Positions 20,233 to 30,689 of a DNA stretch of 64,000 nucleotides are shown piece after piece. The translations under genes and the position numbers were made by a program. Source of the stretch: a virus. The DNA is taken from the IMG/VR virus record IMGVR_UViG_3300028844_002785, positions 23,129 through 87,128 of that record; one strand, given 5' to 3'. Within the stretch, counting starts at the first letter, position 1, and each line of letters begins with the position of its first letter. The notes under the pieces were generated by a model. It did not search any database. It saw only the letters and a list, made by a program, of their open reading frames with translations, and had not been told where the DNA came from.

Positions 20233-20496
20233 ATGACTACTGTATCAAAAGAAATTGTTGATGCTATTCTAAGCAAAGATAATTTTAATGCCAATGAAAA
20301 AATTTATGATGCTCTTTACGGAAAAAGTTCTGAACAATTGCAGACTCGCAAAGTAGAAATTGCGAAACAGTTTTTTGATCCTGATGCTACAAATACGCAG
20401 GACACAGAAACTAACATTGCAGATGAAACTCCTGAGGCTTCTGCTAATAGTGAAGAACCTGAAAAACAAGAAACCGAGGAAACACCAGAACAATGA
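20233..20496 (+). CDS. Prohead core protein (gp67-like)
   Basis: Small acidic-tailed protein between gp20 and gp21. Confidence 0.6.
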   Translation: MTTVSKEIVDAILSKDNFNANEKIYDALYGKSSEQLQTRKVEIAKQFFDPDATNTQDTETNIADETPEASANSEEPEKQETEETPEQ

Positions 20497-21146
20497 AACT
20501 TATCTCCGAAGAAATTGTAGACGTTCAGTTTGTTACTGAAGATGCTAACGGTAAAAAAAGTCATTTTATTGAGGGAGTATTTCTCCAATCTGACATTAGA
20601 AATCGTAATGGTAGAATGTATCCTTTCGATACTCTAGACCGTGAGGTGTCAAAGTATAATGAAAACTACATTCAACGAGGTAGGGCCTTGGGTGAACTCG
20701 GTCATCCTGATGGTCCAACCATCAATTTAGATCGAGTATCACATAAAATCGTATCATTACGTGCCGAAGGAAAAAACTTTATCGGTAAAGCAAAACTTCT
20801 AGAAACCCCAATGGGTAAAATCGCGAAGAATTTGTTAGACGAAGGAGTAAAACTAGGTGTATCTTCTAGAGGACTTGGGTCCATTGAGAAGAGAGGTGAT
20901 ACTAATATCGTTAAAGATGATTTTATGCTCTCTACTGCTGCAGATATTGTAGCAGATCCTTCCGCGCCTGATGCTTTTGTTGAGGGTATTATGGAAGGAG
21001 CAGAGTGGGTTTGGGACAATGGAATCTGGCAACAGTCAGCACTCGAAAAGGCCAAACACCATATCGAGTCTTCTTCAAGGAATGACTTGACAGAAAGAAA
21101 GTTAAAAATGTTTGAAAGCTTTCTCTGTAACTTAAAAATTTCATAA
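20493..21146 (+). CDS. gp21: Prohead protease gp21
   Basis: NRNGRMY, ALGELGHP, GVSSRGLGS, DIVADPSAPDA. Confidence 0.97.
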   Translation: MKLISEEIVDVQFVTEDANGKKSHFIEGVFLQSDIRNRNGRMYPFDTLDREVSKYNENYIQRGRALGELGHPDGPTINLDRVSHKIVSLRAEGKNFIGKAKLLETPMGKIAKNLLDEGVKLGVSSRGLGSIEKRGDTNIVKDDFMLSTAADIVADPSAPDAFVEGIMEGAEWVWDNGIWQQSALEKAKHHIESSSRNDLTERKLKMFESFLCNLKIS

Positions 21147-21184
21147 ATATTATTAGAAAATACCATTTTCTTCGAGGAGAAACC

Positions 21185-22204
21185 ATGTCCGACAAAAATA
21201 TTGAATTAGAAGAATCTTCGGTGACTGCTAACGCAAAAGCCGGCGATCCTATGCCAAAGATTGACAACACTGTACCAGGTCAGACTGGTTCTGCTGAAGA
21301 TCTTGGTGGTCCATTAACTAAGCCTTCACCAGGTACTGAAGAAACACCAGGTAAGAAAGTTTCTGCGAAAGCATCGAAAGTTTCTAACGTGGTTAACAAG
21401 ACTGGTGGTACACCAGATCCAATGCCAACCATTGATGGTTCCGCACCTGGACAATCAGGCGTCAAGGAAGAGACCGAAGAAGTAGAAGAAATTTCAATCG
21501 ATGTCACACAAGATGTCGAAGCACTTCTACAAGGAGAAGAATTCTCCGACGAGTTTAAATTTAAAGCAGCAACCATTTTTGAAGCCGCTGTTAAAGCGAA
21601 GGTTGTTGAAGAAGTAGAAAAAATTCAAAAGACTTTTGAAGAAAAACTTCAGCAAGAAGTTGCTGAAGTCAAAGAGTCAGTAGAAACTAGAGTTGAATCA
21701 CATCTTGACTACGTTGCAGAACAATGGGTCAAGGAAAATCAACTTGCGGTTGACACTGGTCTCCGCAGTGAATTGAGTGAAGAGTTTATCCTTGGTCTCA
21801 AGGGACTCTTTGAACAACATTATGTCGATATCCCTGAAGATAAGTATGACGTTCTCGGAGAAATGTCCGAGAAATTAGATGAAATGGAAGAGAAACTCAA
21901 CGAGCAAATCGAAACAAACGTTGGTCTTAATGCGACCCTCGGAACTTATATTAGAAATGGAGCAATTGCAGAAATTTCCGAAGGTCTTGCTCAGACACAA
22001 AGAGAAAAGCTTGCCTCTCTCGCAGAAGGTGTTGAGTTCGTTAGTGAAGAATCTTATCGTGAAAAGATCGTGACGATCAAGGAAAACTATTTTCCTAGAA
22101 CACAAGCTTCATCTTCTGAAGATCTTGTAACAGAAGCTCAGGTTATCTCAGCTGAAGGTCCTATGGCTGCATATGCCGCCGCCCTTTCTAAATGGTCTAA
22201 CTGA
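21185..22204 (+). CDS. gp22: Prohead scaffold/core protein gp22
   Basis: FKFKAATIFEAAV, HLDYVAEQW; acidic coiled coil located before gp23. Confidence 0.95.
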   Translation: MSDKNIELEESSVTANAKAGDPMPKIDNTVPGQTGSAEDLGGPLTKPSPGTEETPGKKVSAKASKVSNVVNKTGGTPDPMPTIDGSAPGQSGVKEETEEVEEISIDVTQDVEALLQGEEFSDEFKFKAATIFEAAVKAKVVEEVEKIQKTFEEKLQQEVAEVKESVETRVESHLDYVAEQWVKENQLAVDTGLRSELSEEFILGLKGLFEQHYVDIPEDKYDVLGEMSEKLDEMEEKLNEQIETNVGLNATLGTYIRNGAIAEISEGLAQTQREKLASLAEGVEFVSEESYREKIVTIKENYFPRTQASSSEDLVTEAQVISAEGPMAAYAAALSKWSN

Positions 22205-22210
22205 GTTTTC

Positions 22211-22218
22211 TATAAATA
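22211..22218 (+). promoter_or_regulatory. T4-type late promoter
   Basis: TATAAATA upstream of gp23. Confidence 0.8.
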
Positions 22219-22261
22219 ATTCAGATTCCTAACATAACAAACAACTAGGAGAAATTCCCAA

Positions 22262-23632
22262 ATGTATAATTCAGAAAACCTTCAAGAGAAGTGGGCTCCC
22301 GTACTCGAGCACACCGGTCTTGATAACATCAAAGACAATCATAGACGCGCAGTTACCGCTGTTCTTCTAGAAAACCAAGAACGTTTCATGCAAGAAGAGC
22401 GTGGAATGCTTACTGAGACTCCAACCAACTCTGCTGGTACTGGTGGTTTTTCAGGTTCAGGTGCTAACCCACCTGTTGCTGGTTTCGATCCTGTTCTAAT
22501 CAGCTTGATCCGCCGTTCAATGCCTAAGTTGATGGCATATGACATCTGCGGTGTCCAACCAATGTCTGGTCCTACTGGACTTATCTTCGCAATGCGTTCA
22601 CAACGTGGTACTGACCGCGATGGTAACGGTGCGACCCCTAACGTATTCACTAACGAAGCATTCTACAACGAGACTCCAACTGGATTCTCTGCTGATGACG
22701 GTGCATATTCTGCCGCAACTGGCGAAGCTGAAACCAACCCTTCAGTTCTTAACGCTTCTTCACCTGGTAACTATGCCGCTGTCGGTGGTATGAACACCGC
22801 GACTCAGGAAGCACTTGGATCTTCTTCAGGAACCGCTTTCCGCGAGATGTCATTCTCGATTGAGAAAGTTGCTGTTGAAGCAAAAGGTCGCGCTCTGAAA
22901 GCTGAGTATTCACTAGAACTCGCTCAAGACCTTAAGGCGATCCATGGTCTTGACGCTGAAGCAGAACTTGCTAACATTCTTTCTGCTGAAGTTCTTGCTG
23001 AAATCAACCGTGAAGTTGTACGTACAATCTACGTAACTGCAAAACCAGGTGCTCAGAACAACGTTGCTAACGCAGGTTCATTCGACCTAGACGTTGACTC
23101 CAACGGTCGTTGGATGGCAGAGAAGTTCAAAGGACTTATCTACCAGATTGAAAGAGATGCTAACGCGATCGGTCAAGAGACTCGTCGCGGGAAGGGTAAC
23201 TTCATCGTCTGTTCTGCAGACGTTGCAAGTGCTCTAGGTATGGCAGGCGTTCTTGATTACGCACCTGCTCTAGGTGGTAACAACGGTTTGGCAGGTGTTG
23301 ATGACACCGAGTCAACTCTAGTTGGTACACTTAACGGTCGTATTAAGGTCTATGTTGATCCTTACTCTGCTAACATTGCAGACGATCACTTCTACGTCAT
23401 GGGTTATAAGGGTACTTCTGCATATGATGCAGGTCTCTTCTACTGCCCATACGTTCCTCTCCAGATGGTCCGTTCCATCGGTCAGGACACATTCCAACCA
23501 AAGATTGGTTTCAAGACTCGCTACGGCATGGTCGCGAACCCATTCTCCCGTGGAACCACTCAGTCAAGCGCTGCATTGACTGCAAACGCAAACGTCTACT
23601 ACAGACGTACTCGCGTTCTCAACCTTATGTGA
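22262..23632 (+). CDS. gp23: Major capsid protein gp23
   Basis: GVQPMSGPTGLIFAMR, ELAQDLKAIHGLDAE, FYCPYVPLQM, FQPKIGFKTRYG. Confidence 0.99.
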   Translation: MYNSENLQEKWAPVLEHTGLDNIKDNHRRAVTAVLLENQERFMQEERGMLTETPTNSAGTGGFSGSGANPPVAGFDPVLISLIRRSMPKLMAYDICGVQPMSGPTGLIFAMRSQRGTDRDGNGATPNVFTNEAFYNETPTGFSADDGAYSAATGEAETNPSVLNASSPGNYAAVGGMNTATQEALGSSSGTAFREMSFSIEKVAVEAKGRALKAEYSLELAQDLKAIHGLDAEAELANILSAEVLAEINREVVRTIYVTAKPGAQNNVANAGSFDLDVDSNGRWMAEKFKGLIYQIERDANAIGQETRRGKGNFIVCSADVASALGMAGVLDYAPALGGNNGLAGVDDTESTLVGTLNGRIKVYVDPYSANIADDHFYVMGYKGTSAYDAGLFYCPYVPLQMVRSIGQDTFQPKIGFKTRYGMVANPFSRGTTQSSAALTANANVYYRRTRVLNLM

Positions 23633-23652
23633 TTCGTTTTTCACATTCTTTC

Positions 23653-23680
23653 GGAGGGTCCCAAAGGGGCCCTCTTTTTT
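23653..23680 (+). terminator. Rho-independent terminator after gp23
   Basis: gagggtccc-aaa-ggggccctc stem followed by a T-run; late promoter TATAAATA follows at 23681. Confidence 0.85.
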
Positions 23681-23701
23681 TATAAATAATTCTAAAACAT
23701 T

Positions 23702-24226
23702 ATGGCATATTTTGCTGACAATCCAAACTGTCCTTCCAACTTTCTTTCTGGAATAGGATTTCAGTTTAATTTAAAAAAATTGCCTGGAGTATCTTTCTAC
23801 TGTCAATCTGCTAATATACCTTCAGTAAATTTATCCGTTGCTATGCAAGCAACTAGGTTTAATGCGATTCCAGAACCAGGAGATGAAGTTAACTATGATG
23901 ATCTTTCTATAAGATTTTTAGTAGATGAAAAACTAGTAAACTATAAATCTATTCATAATTGGATTAGATATCTAGGACATCCAGAAGGAGAAAAAGACTG
24001 GACCGATTATTCTGATGGAGATTCTTATCAAGAAAAACAATATAGTGATGGTCAAATATTTGTATTAGATAGTAATTTTAATAGAAAATTTGAAATTTAT
24101 TTCAAAGATTTATTTCCAGTATCTTTGGGAGGATTAAATTTTGATGCTACATATACAGACACTGAGTATTTTGCTGTAGATGCTACATTTAAATATACTA
24201 TCTATGATATAAAGGATGTAAGTTAG
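23702..24226 (+). CDS. gp3: Tail completion/tube terminator gp3
   Basis: NFLSGIGFQF, PGDEVNYDDLSIRFLVDE, FKDLFPVSL. Confidence 0.9.
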   Translation: MAYFADNPNCPSNFLSGIGFQFNLKKLPGVSFYCQSANIPSVNLSVAMQATRFNAIPEPGDEVNYDDLSIRFLVDEKLVNYKSIHNWIRYLGHPEGEKDWTDYSDGDSYQEKQYSDGQIFVLDSNFNRKFEIYFKDLFPVSLGGLNFDATYTDTEYFAVDATFKYTIYDIKDVS

Positions 24227-24253
24227 CCTAGATAAGATACTGATTGATTTTAT

Positions 24254-24685
24254 ATGATAACACTTGACGACATTAAATCCCAATGGGCTGAAGACTCAAA
24301 AATTGAACAAGATCTACTAGACGAAGAATCAATTAAAATTCCCCAACTACACAGCAAGTATTTAAATTACTTGTCTGATGTTAGGTTGTTAAAAATAAAA
24401 AAGGACCATGAATATAAATCTCTACTCAGAGATAAGTTTGAGTATTACACAGGTAAATCAGAACCAAGTGTGTACCAAGAAAAACCGTTTGACTTAAAAG
24501 TACTGAAGTCAGACCTAGGATTGTATATGGATTCTGATCCTGAATTACAGCTTCTACAAACTCGCATAAATTATTATGAAGAGATTATGTTTTTTCTTGA
24601 AAAAGTTCTCCAATGTTTAAACAACAGAGGATTTCAAATCAAGAATAGTATTGACTGGCAAAAATTTATGCAAGGTAGTATTTAA
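24254..24685 (+). CDS. uvsY: Recombination mediator UvsY
   Basis: ESIKIPQLHSKY, NRGFQIKNSIDWQKF. Confidence 0.93.
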   Translation: MITLDDIKSQWAEDSKIEQDLLDEESIKIPQLHSKYLNYLSDVRLLKIKKDHEYKSLLRDKFEYYTGKSEPSVYQEKPFDLKVLKSDLGLYMDSDPELQLLQTRINYYEEIMFFLEKVLQCLNNRGFQIKNSIDWQKFMQGSI

Positions 24686-26160
24686 TGACTGATGTAGTTA
24701 TTCAAAAGAAAAATGAAGTATATTTAACTGTTGAGTGTGAACCGCATATTAAATATGAACTGTCGGAGTATTTTACATTTGAAGTTCCAAATGCAAAGTT
24801 CATGCCTCAATATAAAAAAAGATTGTGGGATGGTACAATTAAATTGTTCAGTCCAGCTGATGGAAAAATATACTGTGGTTTGTATGACTACCTAGTTGAA
24901 TGGTTAGATTCCAGAGAGTATAGTTACGAAAACAAAGATAATGAATATTATGGTTTACCACAAGAAACCAATGATTTAATATCAGTTAATGGTATAGTAG
25001 ATTTTGTTAAGAGTTTAAATATACCTTTCAAGGTAAGAGACTATCAATACTATGCTATTTTTCAGGCATTAAAATATAATCGTAGGTTATTATTATCTCC
25101 AACTGCATCGGGTAAGTCATTAATGATTTATTCTATTACTAGATTTTTTGCAAATAGAGGAGATAGAATATTAATTGTTGTACCTACTACATCATTAGTT
25201 GAACAGATGTGTGGTGACTTTGATACGTATGGTTGGTCTTCTGAAGATAACTGTCATAAAATTTATGCCGGTAAAGATAAACAAACTAATAAACAAGTAG
25301 TAGTAACAACTTGGCAATCAATATATAAATTACCTAAAAGTTATTTTGAACAATTTGATTGTATTATTGGAGATGAAGCACATTTATTTAAAGCAAAATC
25401 TCTAATCAATATTATGACCAAGTTACATAATTGTAAACATCGTATTGGATTTACTGGAACTCTAGATGGATCAAGTACAAACCAACTTGTATTGGAGGGA
25501 TTGTTTGGACCAGTCAATAAAGTTATTAAGACAAAACAACTAATTGATAAAGGTCATCTATCAGCATTAAAAATTAATATTTTATTATTACAACATCCAG
25601 AATTATTATTTGATTCATATCAAGATGAGATGGATCATATCTGTACTATGGATAAGAGAAATAAATTTATTAAAAAACTTACATTAAATCAAACTGGTAA
25701 TACTCTTATCTTATTTGCATATGTAGAGAAGCATGGTCAAGTACTTTACGATATGATAAATAGCAGTGTATCAGAGAATAGAAAGGTATTCTTTGTCCAT
25801 GGTGGTGTAGATACTGAGGATAGAGAAGAGGTTAGACAAATTACAGAGACCCAAGATGATGCTATAATTATTGCTTCATATGGAACATTCTCTACTGGCA
25901 TTAATATTAAAAAATTACATAACATTGTATTTGCCAGTCCTAGTAAATCAAGAATAAGAAATTTACAATCAATAGGAAGAGCTCTTCGTAAAAGCAATCA
26001 AAAAGAAATAGCAACATTATTTGATATTGCAGACGATTTCACAAAAGGAGATAGAAGAAACTATACATTAAATCATATGGTAGAAAGAGTAAAAACTTAC
26101 TCTCAAGAAAATTTTAATTATGAGATTATTCCAATCAATTTTAGGAGAAAGGAAGAATGA
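24685..26160 (+). CDS. uvsW: SF2 helicase UvsW
   Basis: RDYQ, SPTASGKS, DEAH, GFTGT, QSIGRALR. Confidence 0.97.
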   Translation: MTDVVIQKKNEVYLTVECEPHIKYELSEYFTFEVPNAKFMPQYKKRLWDGTIKLFSPADGKIYCGLYDYLVEWLDSREYSYENKDNEYYGLPQETNDLISVNGIVDFVKSLNIPFKVRDYQYYAIFQALKYNRRLLLSPTASGKSLMIYSITRFFANRGDRILIVVPTTSLVEQMCGDFDTYGWSSEDNCHKIYAGKDKQTNKQVVVTTWQSIYKLPKSYFEQFDCIIGDEAHLFKAKSLINIMTKLHNCKHRIGFTGTLDGSSTNQLVLEGLFGPVNKVIKTKQLIDKGHLSALKINILLLQHPELLFDSYQDEMDHICTMDKRNKFIKKLTLNQTGNTLILFAYVEKHGQVLYDMINSSVSENRKVFFVHGGVDTEDREEVRQITETQDDAIIIASYGTFSTGINIKKLHNIVFASPSKSRIRNLQSIGRALRKSNQKEIATLFDIADDFTKGDRRNYTLNHMVERVKTYSQENFNYEIIPINFRRKEE

Positions 26161-26552
26161 TGATTCAAGAATTTATCGGAATGCTAAAGTTAGTTAGTGG
26201 TGAAGAAATTATTGGTAGAGTATTAGTATGTGAAGAAGAGAATGGATTTGTTATTGAGAATCCATTTAGTGTAGAAGAAACTATTATTGAAACACCAGCT
26301 GGTGAAATGGTAAAGATAGATTTGAGACCATGGGTTAAATTCTCTAGAGAAGAAATTCTATTTGTAGAGAAAGAAAAAACAATAACTATCTATGAAGCAG
26401 ATGATAGAATAGAAAAGATATACAATAGAACATTACGTAAATATTTCTTTCAAGAAGATACAAGTAAATTAGATCTTAATGAAGAGATGGGATTTAAAAA
26501 TAAAGTAAATGATGCAAGAGATAGCTTAGAGAAGATCTTTAAAGATAGCTAA
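26157..26552 (+). CDS. Conserved hypothetical protein (Sm-like KLVSGEEI family)
   Basis: LKLVSGEEIIG; usual slot between uvsW and gp55. Confidence 0.75.
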   Translation: MMIQEFIGMLKLVSGEEIIGRVLVCEEENGFVIENPFSVEETIIETPAGEMVKIDLRPWVKFSREEILFVEKEKTITIYEADDRIEKIYNRTLRKYFFQEDTSKLDLNEEMGFKNKVNDARDSLEKIFKDS

Positions 26553-26578
26553 GTTGTTCTCTGAACCTTAGCAGAGTT

Positions 26579-26607
26579 ATTATACAGACATTTTAACCAC
26601 TTGTCAA
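26579..26607 (-). promoter_or_regulatory. Consensus sigma70 promoter on the minus strand
   Basis: TTGACA-17nt-TATAAT on the minus strand, pointing antisense into the upstream gene. Confidence 0.7.
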
Positions 26608-26629
26608 GTCTTTGATAATGTGGTATACT
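26601..26629 (+). promoter_or_regulatory. sigma70-like promoter for gp55
   Basis: TTGTCA-17nt(TGG)-TATACT; overlaps the -35 of the divergent promoter. Confidence 0.6.
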
Positions 26630-26665
26630 ACTAACAATTACGAAAGCTAATAGCTGACATGTACC

Positions 26666-27136
26666 ATGAAGAAAAAAGAACATTATGTAAACAATAAAGA
26701 ATTTTTAGAAGCTATTACAGTTTATAGAAACAAAGTCATTAAGGCAAAAGAATCAGGTGAAACAAGACCAAGAGTACCAGAATACATTGGAGAATGTTTT
26801 TTAAAGATTGCAACACACCTATCATACAGACCAAACTTTGTTAACTATATGTTCAAAGATGATATGATTTGTGACGGTATTGAAAACTGTTTACAATACA
26901 TTGATAATTTTGATCCAGAAAAATCTTCTAATCCATTTGCTTATTTTACTCAAATTATTTACTTTGCATTCTTACGTAGAATACAGAGAGAGAAAAAACA
27001 ATTAGATATTAAAACACGAATCCTAGAGAAGTCTGGATTTGATGAAGTGTTTAGCGCAGATAGTTCGGTGTTAGGATATGATTCTTCTACGATGAATAGT
27101 ATTAAAGAGTCCCTTGAAATTAAAGTTAATCGATGA
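26666..27136 (+). CDS. gp55: Late transcription sigma factor gp55
   Basis: HYVNNKEFL, YRPNFVNY, NPFAYFTQIIYFAFLRRI. Confidence 0.97.
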   Translation: MKKKEHYVNNKEFLEAITVYRNKVIKAKESGETRPRVPEYIGECFLKIATHLSYRPNFVNYMFKDDMICDGIENCLQYIDNFDPEKSSNPFAYFTQIIYFAFLRRIQREKKQLDIKTRILEKSGFDEVFSADSSVLGYDSSTMNSIKESLEIKVNR

Positions 27137-28182
27137 CCATTGCCCTTATTACTGATCAACATCTTGATGGGAGAAAAAACTCTCAAGTGTTCTGGGATTA
27201 TTTCTTAAAATTTTATGATAATGTATTCTTTCCTTCTTTAGATAAGTATAAAATAAAAAATATTATTGATCTCGGTGATACGTTCGATAATAGAAAAAAT
27301 ATTGATCTTGCTGCATGGCATCGTATTAAGAAACACTATTATGATAAGTTAGCAGAACGTGGTATACGTGTTCATATGATTGTTGGTAATCATACTGCAT
27401 ATTATAAAAATACAAATAAAATTAATACACCAGAATTACTTTTAAATAGTTACGGTAACATTCATATCTATAGTGAGGTTGAAGATATTACTATAGAAGG
27501 ATTAAAAATAACGATGCTTCCGTGGATTAATTCTGAAAATTATGATAAAGTTTTTAATCACTTAAACAACACTGACTCTAAAATTATTATGGGTCATCTT
27601 GAGATCGATGGATTTCAAGCTATACCTGGTCATGTGTTTGAGGGTGGATTAAAATCAGAATCATTTAATAAATTTGATAAAGTTTTTTCAGGACATTTTC
27701 ACCATAAATCAGAAAGGGGGAATATAAAATACCTTGGAAATCCATATGAACTTTTTTGGAATGATTATAAAGCAGAAAGAGGATTTCATTTACTAGATGC
27801 TAAGACTCAGAAACTAGGATTTATTAAAAACCCATATCGTATTTTTAATAAAATATTTTATAATGATGTAAAAAATAATTATAAAAATTTTAATGCTTCT
27901 GAATATAAAGATATGTACATTAAAATTTTTATAGAAGAAAGAAATGATAATAACTTATTTGAACAAGTTTTAGAAAAATTATATGACACAGGTGTACATG
28001 ATATTAAAGTTATTGAAACTGATAATTTAAACTTAGATAACTCTGAAGAAACTTTTGAGGGTGAGGATACCCTTACTACTCTCAATAGATATATAGATGA
28101 AACAGAGAATATAAATCTTAATAAAAATAGTATTAAAAATATTATTAAATCGATTTATGTTGAGGCTTGCGAGGTGCAATAA
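27133..28182 (+). CDS. gp47: Recombination endonuclease subunit gp47 (Mre11/SbcD-like)
   Basis: TDQH, LGDTFD, VGNH, GHLE and SGHFH metallophosphoesterase motifs. Confidence 0.95.
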   Translation: MTIALITDQHLDGRKNSQVFWDYFLKFYDNVFFPSLDKYKIKNIIDLGDTFDNRKNIDLAAWHRIKKHYYDKLAERGIRVHMIVGNHTAYYKNTNKINTPELLLNSYGNIHIYSEVEDITIEGLKITMLPWINSENYDKVFNHLNNTDSKIIMGHLEIDGFQAIPGHVFEGGLKSESFNKFDKVFSGHFHHKSERGNIKYLGNPYELFWNDYKAERGFHLLDAKTQKLGFIKNPYRIFNKIFYNDVKNNYKNFNASEYKDMYIKIFIEERNDNNLFEQVLEKLYDTGVHDIKVIETDNLNLDNSEETFEGEDTLTTLNRYIDETENINLNKNSIKNIIKSIYVEACEVQ

Positions 28183-28454
28183 TGTTTATTCTCACGATGT
28201 CAGATGAAACTGAAGGAGCATATGCCGTTATAACACAGGAAGGTGAAAAAGTCCTTCAGTTGTTTGAAACTAGTGATGATGCTGAACGGTATGTTGGACT
28301 TTTAGAAGCAGATGGATTTCCATCTGTTGAAGCAACTGAGATTGAGAGTGAACAAGTAGTTGCGGCTTGTGAGAGATTCGGATATAATTATGTTATAATA
28401 ACACCAAACGACTTTGTAATCCCACCAAAATTTGATTCGCATGATTTTATTTAA
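28182..28454 (+). CDS. Conserved hypothetical protein (DUF3110-like)
   Basis: EGAYAV...LFETSDDAERYVGLLEAD; ATG at 28182 coupled to the gp47 stop. Confidence 0.7.
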   Translation: MFILTMSDETEGAYAVITQEGEKVLQLFETSDDAERYVGLLEADGFPSVEATEIESEQVVAACERFGYNYVIITPNDFVIPPKFDSHDFI

Positions 28455-30159
28455 GAGTGTAACTTATAAAAATTTTCTCGCTACAGGAAACAATCCTATA
28501 ACAATCTTTTTAGATTCTACTAACACAACTCTGATTGTTGGTCAGAATGGTGCTGGTAAGAGTACTATCATTGAAGCAATTGTATTTGCACTGTTCAATA
28601 AATCTTTTCGTAAAGTAAATAAAAATCAACTTATCAATAGTATCAATGAAAAAGATTGTGTAGTAGAAGTTATATTTTCAGTTGGTGCTACTGAGTGGTT
28701 AGTTCGACGTGGAATGAAACCTGGTATATTTGAAATTCATAAGAATGGAGTTTTACTTGATCAACATTCCTCTGCAGTAGATCAACAGAAATGGTTTGAA
28801 CAATACGTATTGAAACTAAACTACAAATCATTCACTCAAATTGTTGTACTTGGTTCTTCTACATTTGTTCCTTTCATGCAGTTACCTGCTGGATCACGTA
28901 GAGAAATTATTGAGGATCTTCTAGATATTCGTATCTTCTCTACAATGAATGTTATTCTAAAAGATAAAATTAAAACATCAGGTGAAGAACTTAGAAATTT
29001 TGAAACCGATATTGCTTTCTTGAAAGAGAAAGCAGAAATGCAAACTAATCATATTAAGTCTTTAGAGAAAACGGCAAAGAAAACTATATCTCAGAAGCAA
29101 GATAAAATTGTAGAACTAGAAGAGGGTGTTGAAGTATTAAATAAAACCATAGAAAAATCTAATACTCATGCAACTCAATTATTAGAAGAACTAACTAAAT
29201 TTAATGGTATTGATATAAAAATTAAAAAATTAGAAAAGGAAATTACAACTAATACTAACTTAATTACAAGAACTGAAAAAGAAGAAAACTTTTTTGTAGA
29301 TAACGATGTATGTCCAAAGTGTACACAACCTATAACTGAAGATGTTAAGAAAAAGCATATTCTTCAATCTTCTAAAATTATTCATGATACAACTGAAATA
29401 GTTAAAAAATATAAGAGTCAACTTCAGACAGCAAATAAGATTATTGAAAAACAATCTGATATGAATATGGAGGTATCTGATATTAATTGGGATATCAAAT
29501 CAAAATTGCAAACTATTAAAACAACTCAAAAAATTATTTCGGATATCAAAAGTGAGATTGAAGATTTAAAAAATGATAGTTTAGATATTGATAGTGAAAA
29601 AGAAAAGTTATCTGCCATCGGCACCGAAGGATTATCTGTACAAAAATCTATTACAGATATAAAAGATACTAAAAGAAACTATGATGTTATTTCTTCACTA
29701 CTCAAAGATGGTGGTATTAAGTCAATGATCATTAGGAAGTATCTTCCTGTTATGAATCAACTTATCAATAAGTATCTACAAGAACTTGACTTCTATGTAA
29801 ACTTTACTTTGGATGAAGAGTTTAACGAAAGTATTAAATCTAGACATAGAGATGATTTTACATACAGCTCCTTTAGTGAAGGAGAGAAGATGAGAATTGA
29901 CCTTGCTCTGATGTTTACTTGGAGATCTATTGCTAAACTTAAAAATTCTGCAAACACAAATCTTCTTATCTTAGATGAGGTTTTTGATTCTTCTCTTGAC
30001 GTTGGTGGTACTGATGAATTCCTTAGAATTATCAGAGGAGTTCAGGACGATACTAACATCTTTATTATCTCTCATAAAGGAGATGTTCTTCTTGATAAGT
30101 TTGATAGAGTTATGAAATTTGATAAGGTTAAAAACTTTAGTAAGGTCACAGTTTCATGA
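28441..30159 (+). CDS. gp46: Recombination ATPase gp46 (Rad50/SbcC-like)
   Basis: GQNGAGKST, zinc hook CPKC, FSEGEKMRIDLAL, LILDEVFD. Confidence 0.97.
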   Translation: MILFKSVTYKNFLATGNNPITIFLDSTNTTLIVGQNGAGKSTIIEAIVFALFNKSFRKVNKNQLINSINEKDCVVEVIFSVGATEWLVRRGMKPGIFEIHKNGVLLDQHSSAVDQQKWFEQYVLKLNYKSFTQIVVLGSSTFVPFMQLPAGSRREIIEDLLDIRIFSTMNVILKDKIKTSGEELRNFETDIAFLKEKAEMQTNHIKSLEKTAKKTISQKQDKIVELEEGVEVLNKTIEKSNTHATQLLEELTKFNGIDIKIKKLEKEITTNTNLITRTEKEENFFVDNDVCPKCTQPITEDVKKKHILQSSKIIHDTTEIVKKYKSQLQTANKIIEKQSDMNMEVSDINWDIKSKLQTIKTTQKIISDIKSEIEDLKNDSLDIDSEKEKLSAIGTEGLSVQKSITDIKDTKRNYDVISSLLKDGGIKSMIIRKYLPVMNQLINKYLQELDFYVNFTLDEEFNESIKSRHRDDFTYSSFSEGEKMRIDLALMFTWRSIAKLKNSANTNLLILDEVFDSSLDVGGTDEFLRIIRGVQDDTNIFIISHKGDVLLDKFDRVMKFDKVKNFSKVTVS

Positions 30160-30644
30160 TAGATAAATTTATAGACTGGTATGTGGGTTCATTTACCAAC
30201 AGGAAACAAGCATTGTCTCACCCATTCATGTTCAAGGAAGTTAACTTGAGTCATAAGTATATGGGTGACAATACTTTTTATGGAGAACAAAAAACAGTAT
30301 ATACTGATAATACATATCGAAAATTTAAAAATGTAATATCAGAATCTGATGGATTGATCATTGCAAAAAATTATACATTGGAGGATGAATATATGCCCAA
30401 CTGTGATATGGTTTTTAAATTTGATGGCAAACAATTTGTAGGTGAAGTTGAAGGTTGTGATTGTTTAGTGGAGAGAGAAGGAAAACAAACATATGTAAAA
30501 AATTCTACCTATCTTAGTGAAGACAGTTATAAGGTTTATGATAGAGGTTATGAGGTAGATACGGACGAATATATCTGGGGCTCTAGATGGGGACACTTTA
30601 AGTTCATTCGCATTGATAAGGAACCCATATGGATTGATGGTTGA
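30156..30644 (+). CDS. cpeT: CpeT/CpcT-like phycobiliprotein lyase (auxiliary metabolic gene)
   Basis: GSFTNRKQA..P, CDMVF, DRGY...WGSRWGHFKF. Confidence 0.8.
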   Translation: MIDKFIDWYVGSFTNRKQALSHPFMFKEVNLSHKYMGDNTFYGEQKTVYTDNTYRKFKNVISESDGLIIAKNYTLEDEYMPNCDMVFKFDGKQFVGEVEGCDCLVEREGKQTYVKNSTYLSEDSYKVYDRGYEVDTDEYIWGSRWGHFKFIRIDKEPIWIDG

Positions 30645-30669
30645 CACCACTCCCCTTTCATGGTATCTT
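30641..30669 (+). promoter_or_regulatory. sigma70-like (early) promoter
   Basis: TTGACA-17nt(TGG)-TATCTT. Confidence 0.7.
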
Positions 30670-30689
30670 AGCTGTATCGATAAAAAACT

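Noticed and set aside
30156-30644. cpeT (likewise hsp20 and mazG) as novel auxiliary genes
   Set aside because: These are well-known, near-core genes of T4-like cyanophages.
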